From the human T2T-CHM13v2.0 reference genome, Homo sapiens, in NCBI GenBank assembly GCA_009914755.4, contig CP068257.2, positions 43,040,001 to 43,104,000 of the forward strand: a stretch of 64,000 nucleotides of DNA, given 5' to 3'. A program made the translations under genes and the position numbers. Every line of letters begins with the position of its first letter. The stretch's first letter is position 1. The notes beneath the pieces were generated by a model. The model did no database searches and was not told the origin of the DNA. It saw nothing but the letters and a program-made list of their open reading frames with translations. Of this stretch, positions 53,981 through 64,000 are shown in pieces.

Positions 53981-56900
53981 TCATCAACAAACAGAAAACA
54001 TTCATGTCTCCCAAGAGTCCAGGGGTCTTAGGAGCTAGGACAAAATATTGTAACACGTGATGTTTCTCTCACCCCATCGCTCAGGAAGTTACAAGGGCTT
54101 TAAAAGCTCCATGCCAGGAATCTGTATTTCTGATTATGCCACGGGGCCTTCTAGTACCGGGGCAGAGGCTACATCCAGGCTACTGCACGGCTGTGTTTCT
54201 GGAAGAGCAGATCCATACGGAGTGTGACCTGACTCTTGGGCAGGTTTTCGGCTGTCTCTGATGGCTGTGCCTGCCCTCCCTGCCCCTGGAGCTGGGCCTG
54301 GCAGTGGGTCTTCTGGGTGGGGGCGATTGCTGGCTCTTGGCTCTGACTGCTTGCTTCCTGGGCCTTGGGCCGTGGGCAGCAGAGACGCAGGGCATGGGGT
54401 ACTCCCTCCCCTTGAGCCTTGAGTAACTTCAACCCTCCTTGGACTTGCAACATGCAAAAATAGATCTTGGCTGTTTTGACCCACGGTGATGTGGGCTGCA
54501 CGTTATGTGAGCTGAATGGTGCATCTGGGCCTGTGTCTCGTGACTGACTCAGCTGCTTTGGCTCTTGGCCTCGGAGTGTAGGGTGCCCGGCCTCGGAGCA
54601 TTATCCCCGGGAGGTAAAACCCTTGTGGGGTCAGGACATGTCATCCATGAGAAAGTGCCACGTGGCCTGAAGTCAGCATCCCCACACATGCTGTGGCTCT
54701 CTGTCCTCTCTGAATGTCACTGCTCGAGATAGGGCCCGGCTTGGGTGGGGCTGCAGGCGGGGTTAAACTGCCCCTGGGTGAGAGGGAAGAGCAAATCCCT
54801 TCACTTCGCTGGGCTTCCATTTCCTGACCCATAAAATGGGAACCCTGCTGGTGGCCATTGCCCTGCCTCCCCGAGTTCCTACAAAGCAGGTGGCCTGGGT
54901 CTGGGCTCAGCCCCCTCCACTGGGCCAGGAGATAATGCCATTAGTGTAACCACAGCAGTGGCCACTCCCAAATGCCACTCGGCCCCTGGAAACTCAGCCT
55001 TCCATCCAAAAGGTCCCCGAAGTGGGGAGCGGCCCCTCAGTCATTCCACACAGCAGGCCCCACCCACCCCCCCGTGCCGGGGATACACGTGCTCAGGGCA
55101 CACTCCATATGGATCTGTCGTCTGCCTCGATGACTTTTCACCCACACATGGGATTCAGGGCATGATACGGGTCTTTAGGACATAACTGTTTAATTCCTGA
55201 GCTTCCCAAAACTCGGAGGTTTGGGAGAAATGGGGCTGGAGCTAGAGCAATAGCCATGTGCCCTGTGGACTCTGGCCAGCTCTTGCTGCCATCCCGCCTG
55301 CCCCGGCCCCGTCCTCTTCCAATTCCCGTTTACAGCCCTGCCCTCCGTGCCTGTCCCAGGCACCTCTGGCCTCCTCGCTGTGGCCCATGCCAGGTCATTC
55401 CCTACTGTCAGAGCCTCCCTCTCCCAACCCCAGGCCCCGGCTGCAGGGAGGGTGCCAACAGGAGGGGGCAGGACAGGAGAGGCCCCATCCCCGGAAATGA
55501 GACCAGAGCCGCTCTGGGAATGGCCAGGGCTGCCCGGCGGCAAGTCACGAGCAGGGCGTCACTGTCCCAGCGCGGCTTCCCAGCCTCCTGCAGGGGCCAG
55601 GGTTGGGGTGCATTCTCTGTCTTCTCAGTGAGGACGCGCAAATGTTCCAGGATGGAAGATAAATGTTCAGGAAAACGAGGACCCAGAAATTCTTCATGGG
55701 CTGCATGAGCCCTGAGGCCCGACTGGCAGGCCACTGAGGTCACCTGAAAAACTGGTGACAACGGGCGGGCTCAGCGGCTACCCGGGGACAATCACGGCAG
55801 GCGGAAGAGCGGCACTGGCGTGGAGCTCCCAGGCTCTGTGAGGCTCCAGGCAGCGCCCTCTCCAGCCCTGGCAGCCAGGCTGGGGTCCCCAGCTCCCAGT
55901 GTTTACCCAGCAGGCCCTGCCTTCTGACAAATTAACTCTGAAAGGCTTAAAAAGTGTGCCGTGTGCTTTGGCTCTGACCTAAGATAGACGACACAGCAGA
56001 ACACACAGAGGGTGTCCCACTTGAGGAGCCTCCACACAGGCAGCGAGGTAATCCAAAGCTCTGAATTCCAGGTCAGGCCCACGCACCACGAGGAGAGAGG
56101 AAGCAGATGGTCCTCCTTGCAGGGATGTGTCACGTCCTCCCACAATACACAGGGTCTCCATCCCCCAACGGGGTCACGGGTGCTCCCTGCAGGGTGCAAG
56201 ACAGTGTCCTTCCTTGTGGTCTAGGCTGGAGAAAGGTAGACTTCAGGGGAGAAGAGCTGGTTCCTCTCAAGGTGGCGGCCAGCTGAGATGTCAGGAGTGC
56301 CAGTGTCCTGGGGCTGCTGTGACAACAGCCACAAACCAGGCAGCTTAAAGCAACAGAAAAGTCTTGTCTCAGGCCTGGAGCCAGAGGTCTCAGATCAAAG
56401 TGTCACTGGGCCGCACTGTCTCTGGAGGCTCCAGGGGAGGATCCTTCCTGCCTCCTCCAGCTCCTGGCAGCTGTGGTGTTTCCCGGCCTGTGGCCGCATC
56501 ACTGCAACCTCTGTCTCCCTTGTCATGCGGCCACCTGCTGAGTCTCTGTCTCCACACGACCTTCACATAAGGACATATGCCTCTTGGGTTAGGGCCACCC
56601 CAATGACCTCACCTGCACTTGATTATACCTGCAAAGACCCTTTTTCCAAATAAGGGCATATTCACAGGAAAAAGACTTCAGCATCTTTTTTGGGGTGGCC
56701 ATGCAGAATCATGGGTGTTTCTGTGGGCCACTGCAGAGGGCCTGAAGTCCAGCCTGTCAGTGGTGAGCTAGGGAAACTGAGGCAGAGAGATCCAGAGGAT
56801 TCTTTGAGGCACAGCAAGCTGGAGAGGAGCTGGGCCTGCTCCTGGCCGGATCCTCTGGGGCTCTCCAGAAGCCTCGCCTTGAGGCCGTCACAAAATCCCT

Positions 56901-57573
56901 GTCCTGTTGCCACATCCCTGGGTACCCCAGGCCCACCTGACTTCCCACTCTGTCCTAGCCAGCAGCAGCAGGGCCGTTGCAGGCTCCACATGCTTCCAGG
57001 GCACCAGCCCTCCCCGAGTGACACCCCCTTCTCATCATCTGCCAGTTCACCCACACAAGAGTACACAGGAGGAGTGGGCATCTTTTTCAGGGTCCCTCTG
57101 GCAAAGCTGCACAAGGTTCACTGAGATGATCATTTACAGTAGGCTGCATGTCCAGAGGCCAAGGAAATAGCCTGGTGGGAACAAGTTAGCAAACACGGTG
57201 AGGACACCACAGTCCAGCTGAACTCACAGAGCACGGGCACCAGGCCAACATAGTGAGTGACGCAGCTGCCCTGACTGGGCTGGGCATCCATGGGAGGGGC
57301 AGACACTGGTGCTTAGCAAGGACCTGCAGGGCCCTGTACCCTGAGATAAATCACAGCTCCCTCCTGAGAGCCCTTCTGGGTGTCCCCCATCTGCTGTGGG
57401 GCCACAGAGGCCATGTCATGGTGGATCATGGAAACAAACGTCCCACAGAGGGGAAAGCAGAGAGAGATGGGGCAGCTGGGATGCAGCAAGCAACAGGCCA
57501 AGCCTCTCTGAGAAGGGACTTGATGCAGAGGCCCTCTGCAGGGGACAAAGTTGAAGTTTCCAGAGAACAGCCA

Positions 57574-57665
57574 GGGGAGGGGTGGGGTGGAGGGCAGGGG
57601 GAGGGGGAAGGACAGGTGGGGGCTGGGCAGGTGAGCAGGGGAGGGACAGGCGAGTGGGGGCAGGC
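57574..57665. repeat. G-rich (GGGGAGGG-type) low-complexity tract with G-quadruplex potential
   Basis: GGGGAGGGGTGGGGTGGAGGGCAGGGGGAGGGGGAAGGACAGGTGGGGGCTGGGCAGGTGAGCAGGGGAGGGACAGG. Confidence 0.8.
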
Positions 57666-60600
57666 TTCATGTGTTTTGTGGGCAGGGAAGGGTGTCTGTG
57701 TCTTACTCTGGTGTAACAAGGAGCCAGGGAGGGTTTGAACAGGGTGGGGTGCATGATCTGAGCACCAGGGAGAGGAGACTTGGGGGCAAAGGTGGGAGCA
57801 AGAGACTGTTGGGAGGATCTAGGATATCCTGGAGAAATGATGCTTGGATAAAAATAACACATTTTAAAGGCTGGACAGACAGAGCTGAAGGAGGATGAGA
57901 TGTGGATGTGAGGGAGGAGAGCAGGCATGGGGAGCCCTCTTCCCTTACACACCACTGCTTGGCCAAACAGCAGGCAGAACAAAGGATAGGGATAGCCTGC
58001 CACTGCGTGGACTCTGGTTTTTCTCCCACTGGTCAAAAATGCAGCGTGAAGAGTGATTTGGGGGAAAATGAATTTAAAAGGTGTCATATTCCAAAGCATT
58101 TTGAGTAATAGAGGAAGTTTCTTCCAAATGGATGAGGGAAATAAATGATTTCCCCCAAATTGTCTCCCCTCTCAGCCCAGCCCTCATCCATTAAACAGGC
58201 AGCCTGCTTCTTCTAACAGCCCACTTGAACAGTGGAGTTTGAATCCAAAGATGGAGGAAGAACCTCAGAGCATGGAAGACAAGAGACTCAGCCTGGGCGT
58301 GGCAGGGAGGGCTTCCTGAAAGACAGGGTGCATAAGACAGGTTTTGAAGAAGGGGTTTTGGGGTGGAAAAACAAGGGGGACAGGAGTTTCAGGCAGAGAA
58401 CATGCTGGTGGATGCCAGAGCATCCAAAAAGGAGAGTGCAGGAGATTCTCAATCAAGATATGCTCGCAAAGGAGCCGACATTCACCAGAAAGCTCATTAG
58501 AGGCCTTAAGAGCTCACCACAAACTGTCATGAAGGCAGAACCAGAACCAAATGTTTTCTTTGTTTATGAAAGGCAACATGGCTCTTATGCACCTGGTGGA
58601 ATGTACAAGTCATGTTTATTTGGGGGCAATCTCTCAGTATTTAAAATGGCAATACCTCTGACCCAGTGATTCCTGTTTGGGACTTTTTTTTATATATACA
58701 GATTTACCTCCACATACATATAACAACATGAGAACCAAAATATTATGGCAGTGCTGTTTAAGAACAGAAGATGGAAACAAATTGGCTGTCAATACAGAGG
58801 GGACTGAGTAAAGGTTGGGATGCCAATTCAAGGGACACTATGCAGCCACTCAAATGAAGACGATACATCTGGACATTTTCCATGACACAAGATCCCAGAT
58901 AGATCATTAAGAGAAGCAAAGATGGCAAACAACCATCTTTCGAAGGATGTATGAATCCAGCAGCTGGCAGAAATGGATTGGAGGAAGTCATCATCACTCT
59001 ATGCAACTCTAAATCATGTTCCCGCATCGCTACTCAAAATACTCAATCTGAGTCAAGGCCTTGGTCTGGCAAGCACCAGCTAATTGGGCTCTCTGTCCTT
59101 CCTGCAGAGACCTCTGAGCAGCAGCTGCCTGGTGTCCTCCACAGGGGTCAGCCTCTGACCTGGGAAACCCTGACGAGCCTTACCTTTCCACTCAGCACAC
59201 ATGAAATCAAGAGGAATACACCATGTTTCCAAGCTTTCTCCTGTCCTGGAGCCAGGAGCCCCAAGTCCCCTGAATGGCATAGGCCCCAAGGCCAGCCAGG
59301 CAGCTGTTAGCAGGGGAAAGATGAGTGGGTGCTGGACAGGCCAAAACCATATACATCCCCACAGAGGCAGTGGCAATAATCCCAGTGAGAGAGGAGCAAG
59401 AAAGGAGGGACAACTATACCAGACTTAAGAGATGCAAGGGGAGTGAATCGATAGCAACCTTAGAAAAAAGGTCTTCAACCAGGGGCTAGCCCCACTCTCT
59501 CAAGGGCATGCAGTCCTCAGAGGATCCAGGCCCAAGAGCTTTAAGAGACATATTATTTTCTTGAAATGTAAAGTGAAAAGTTGGCATTAAAAAAGGGATG
59601 TTGAGGCCGCAATAGGGTGCTCTGAAGGTAGAGTGGGTACAGTGGCTGTTATCCTTAACTGCTCCTTTTCTAGCCCCTGCACTTGCCAAAAAACACATTT
59701 CTCCTGGGGCAGTCCTGTTCAAGCAATGACAATGTAGGAAGAAAGCAAAGATGGCAGTGTAGATCCCAAGTCCATGTAGGAGACACCTGGGACAAGCTTC
59801 AGTGTCCCTCCCTCTGTCCATCCACCTGCCCAGCCATCCATTTATGCATCTATTGCTCCTAGACCTAGGGTATCATGTTACCCAAACAGCATGCTGTGAA
59901 ATGCCGCTCTGCATCCTCTCTGTTCTGGGCCATGAGAGCTCCACTTCTGCCCCTGCACCTCAGCCCCAAGGTCAGTTGTATATTTGTAGCATCTCAAGGA
60001 GGAGGAAGTGGGAAGTTTCACATTTCCTTCTGATGGACCAGTAATAAATCTTTAAGGAAAAGGACACACATCAGAACTCCCTCTCCCTCTCTTTCTTCCT
60101 CTCCCCCATCTCTCAGAGCCCAGCTGCCATGTAAAAAAGTCCAGGCTATCCTGCTGGACAGGCCATGTGGTACAGAACTAAAGCACAAACTGACTGCCAG
60201 CCCTGAGGAAGCTTTCTTAAAAGTGACACTCCTTTTAAACACTGCAGATGATGCATCCCCAGCCAACATCTAACTGCAACCTCATAAGATGTTCTGAACA
60301 AGAACCACCAACTAAGCTTCTAGTCCCTGACTCCTAGAAACTGTGTGGCATAATACATTTGGCTGTTTTAAGCTACTGTTTGGGGACAGTTTGTTACACA
60401 TCAGTAGACTGTAGTGCATACTATAAATCCAGAGTCACTTTGCATTTGGACACAAGTCTTTCTTCTTGCTGCCCAGCTGCTATGTTTCCACTTGTCCATT
60501 CGGTCCTATCAGTCCTGACTTGACTTAGATCACATGAACAACAACACAATGCCAATTCTAGCTTAAATAAGACATTTAGCACAGTTTTCAAAATACTCAT

Positions 60601-61719
60601 CCTAAGCTCCAGACTTATTAATGGCCAAGACATTATTATCTCTTTGCTTTTTAATTTCTGCAGGGCTCAGTTTCATTCTATCACAAAATGATGACAGATG
60701 CAGGAGGCAGGTAAGTGAGGGTCCCCACAGAATCTCCAGCCCACCCCACAAGTGTTTATATCACATACTTTTGTGTAGATGAGGGAACCTGCCCAGAGTC
60801 TTGTCTGCACATGCTTGCAACGGACTGGGGGCCCCCCTGTGCACTGGGAGAATGGGGTGGAGGCATGGGAAGTGCATGCCTTGTGCAGCGGGGAGGAGCC
60901 TGGCCTCTTCGGCTTGTATGTGGTGGCCTGGAATTCAATCTGTGAGGTGCGACCCTGTTGGCAGGACCTCATTTTATTTTTGCCAAGAGCTTTCTTTTAA
61001 TAAATCTCACCTTTCAACATGTCCACGTGCCTAATTTTTTCCTGGTAATGGGACAAGAACCCAGGTTTTAGCTGAGCTAAGGAGTAAAAATCCTGCATCA
61101 TTTTGGTGGCCCATACAGGGACACGAGCAAAGGTGAGTAAATGCGGACCAAAACATCTTTTTCCCTTTTGTTTTTGAGCCTATTTGTCCTCAGACTTCTT
61201 CTGAAGGTAAAGGAAACAGGCCCCCACCCTTGCCACTCCCAGGGGTCAAGAATGTCGGCCTCGGTCCGACCCAGACTTTCTATGGCATTTTCCTTCATTG
61301 TTTGGGACAGATGGGCAAGCGGCAACTCCCCGCCCGCCTGGCCTCCCCTCCCAGCTGGGGCTGGGGTGCATAGCTCAAAGGCTGCATGTGGCAGGCTGGC
61401 CAGCATTCCCCACCATATGTCCATGGTGTCTCCTCATTCCATGACTGAGGAGTCCAGCTCCATTCAAGCCCTAGGGAAGAAACAGCAGTAAGTTTCTCTC
61501 CCTGTTGGAGGAAACTATTTGTATAAGAATAAGAGGTTCTTTCCCAAGGCATCTTTCCAACCCTGCACTTTAAGCTTTTTTTCTTTTCTCCACCAGGTCA
61601 GGAGTTAACTTTTAAGTGAGAGGGTCTTTTTCCCCCTTTTAGAAAGCACTTTAGTAGGCCAGAACCCTAGCTATCACTGTTTTTCTCTGTAAAGTTTTAA
61701 TTATGAAAAAGGATTTGTA

Positions 61720-61998
61720 GGCCAGCTGCAGTGGCTCACATCTGTAATCCCTGCACTTTGGGAGGTCGAGGTGGGTGGATCACCTAAGGTCAGGAGTTCA
61801 AGACCAGCCTGGCCAACATGATGAAATCCTGTCTCTACTAAAAATACAAAAAATTAGCTGGGCATGGTGGTGCGCACCTGTAATCCCAGCTACTCAGGAG
61901 GCTGAGGTAGGAAAATCACTTGAACCCAGAAGGCAGAGGTTGCAGTGAGCTAAGATTGCGCCACTGCACTCCAGCCTGGGCAACAAGAGTAAAAAACT
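61720..61998 (+). mobile_element. Alu (full length)
   Basis: GGCCAGCTGCAGTGGCTCACATCTGTAATCCCTGCACTTTGGGAGGTCGAGG... Confidence 0.9.
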
Positions 61999-62000
61999 AG

Positions 62001-62353
62001 GAAGGAAGGAAGGAAGGAAGGAAGGAAGGAGGGAAGGAAGGAAGGAAGGAAGGAAGGAAGGAAGGAAGGGGGAGGGAGGGAGGGAAGGAAAGAAGGAAGG
62101 AAAGAAAGAAGGAAAGAGAGAAGAGAGAGAAAGATGAGAGAGGAGAGACAGAAAGAAAGGAAGGAAGGAAGGAAGGAAGGAAGGAAGGAAGGAGGAGGGA
62201 GGGAGGGAAGGAAAGAAGGAAGGAAAGAAAGAAGGAAAGAGAGAAGAGAGAGAAAGATGAGAGAGAGGAGAGACAGAAAGAAAGAAAGGAAGAAAGGAAG
62301 GAAGGAAGGAAGGAAGGAAGGAAGGAAGGAAGGAAGGAAGGAAGGAAGGAAAG
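62001..62353. repeat. Compound (GGAA)n microsatellite, about 350 bp, with an internal roughly 90-bp duplicated GA-rich block
   Basis: (GGAA)9-10, (GGAA)9, then GGGAGGGAGGGAAGGAAAGAAGGAAGGAAAGAAAGAAGGAAAGAGAGAAGAGAGAGAAAGATGAGAGAGGAGAGACAGAAAGAAAGG twice (62075-62160 and 62196-62285), then (GGAA)16. It starts directly at the Alu tail. Confidence 0.95.
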
Positions 62354-64000
62354 ATTTGTGAGTTGGTCTTAAGCTACAGCCAATCTGGTGTGCTCTGCAT
62401 GTCTTTCTGTATGGTCAGTAGCAAACTTTGCTGCAGGCCTCCATCTTGTTTTATGTCCTTGGGAGCATGACCTGTAGCGACATGGCAGTGCTTTGGTTTA
62501 GCCTTCACCATTTTACAATGGCGGCCCAGGTCCAATCCTGGCTTAGGGAATGAGTTCTTTCTGGTTTGATATCTACATGACCTTTGCCATTTGTTGATTC
62601 CCTTCCCCTCCACAAACTGCCTTGGATTTTCCTTTCTCTGAACCTTCAGAAAAGTTTGAAAGCCAGAAATATTGGCCGCTTGGCATGGCTAAAGCTGGGT
62701 AATGAGATTTAAAAGGATTTTATTAAAGAGCACTCAGCTTAATTAAAAGTGGATATCCAAGTTACAGGTATATTTAAAAGGCCTTTGTTTTTCTCTTCTT
62801 GGATCTTGTTTTGCTGGAAAGAGGTTTTTTCTCAGTCAACTGAATTATTTTTCTCCATTTTGCCTTGCCACTCTTAATGCACACATGAAAGATGAGAGAC
62901 CTCTGATTTCCTCATGGAGCCCCAGGAATTAGAGGCAGATGGATCCCTCTCAAAATCTGTTTTTGTCTCCCAGCTATATTTGCTTATGAGAGCCTGGAAA
63001 CTGCATGTTTTCCTAGTCTTGCTCTTAAAGGGCTCCACCCAGAGGCCAACAATCCAATTATGAAAAATATTATAGCTACTGAATCTTCTTCTGCCTGTGT
63101 AGTTATATATGTGTTGTGTGTGTGATGTCTATTAAAAAAGAGCTCTAATTAATTGACTTAAGGAAGGATAAGCACTTGGATCAAATATTTTTTAAAGGTA
63201 AGATAAAAGCTGTGGTACCTTTTAGCTCACGTGACTTTAGTTTATGGCTTTTCCATAAATTGAGCATTGAAATAAAAGCCCAAAAGGGTTCTCTTAAGAC
63301 ACTAATCTGCTATCTAGCAAAATTTGTAAAGGGTTATAAAAAGTTTTTGCTTCTTAAAAAAATGTCTGAGTCATCATTTTGGTGAAATAAATAACTTATG
63401 GAAATCTGGAATTCTATTTCATAACATCAACTCTTTAAACTTCTAACATATTTGACAGGCTTCCCAAAATCAAATTCCTGTTTCAAAAATTGTCTTTCCT
63501 GATCCCTGGCTTTTGGATGCCACAGAGGGCCCCTGGAGCACCCAGAAGAGAGGTAAACAGGATTACCTGACACAGTTAGGTACATGGGATTACCAAAATG
63601 ATCTTTAATATTCCTCAGGTTATATTTTAGGGAATAATATTAATATATGTTCCAAAGTTGTATGGGATTTCTAAAATTCTAATGTCTGAGTATATGCTAT
63701 CGATCACAATTAAGGTTGTTAAGTTATTGTAAACTATGGAGATAACCAAATGTATTTGTCAGTTGTGTTTCTGACTGTAACTACCCTGGACATTTTGTTA
63801 TTCATAGACAATTGTTGTCTTGTTTTGATCCTCTTCAAAGGATGGTTTATAATCAGCTACAGAACTTCACCAGGTGCTCTCAAATGCAGGTTTCTAATAA
63901 TTTTGGAGATTGTGACATTAGAATAAAGGAAAAATGTACCAGACTCATGAAGAGCTGAAATGTTCACAAATAGCAAGTAAAACAAGAGTTAACTGAAAGG

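Noticed and set aside
62134-62361. 75-aa Lys/Glu/Arg/Gly-rich ORF
   Set aside because: A translation of the (GGAA)n microsatellite.

Overview
This window is human (primate) nuclear DNA, not a prokaryotic locus. It contains Alu, L1, MaLR and ERV LTRs, microsatellites, CpG islands and single-exon cysteine-rich keratin-associated protein genes. I recognise it as the distal end of the chr21q22.3 KRTAP10/KRTAP12 hair-keratin-associated-protein cluster, which lies inside intron 1 of TSPEAR. The window holds five gene-related units: (1) a 96-aa KRTAP12-family gene on the minus strand at 2248-2538, probably KRTAP12-1; (2) a 245-aa KRTAP10-family gene on the plus strand at 17642-18379, probably KRTAP10-12, with its own TATA box and AATAAA; (3) a 5'-truncated KRTAP10 pseudogene copy at about 22675-23209 (+); (4) a decayed KRTAP-like relic at about 6760-7035 (+); (5) the first coding exon of TSPEAR on the minus strand at 31867-31948, giving the signal peptide [27 protein letters not shown] followed by a GTAAGG splice donor. 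Everything 3' of about 32 kb is TSPEAR upstream or intergenic sequence. About 35-40% of the window is recognisable interspersed repeat: at least 17 Alu copies (several with clean target-site duplications), four L1 blocks, two provirus-like MaLR elements that keep both LTRs, one ERV solo LTR and one TIR-bounded DNA-transposon-like element. There are also several minisatellites, including one in the KRTAP10-12 5' leader and one in the TSPEAR proximal promoter, and a 350-bp compound GGAA microsatellite. I found no rRNA, tRNA or CRISPR array and no prokaryote-type operon or defence system. The 'novel system' framing does not apply here. The most interesting items are the gene-family and VNTR features listed under findings.
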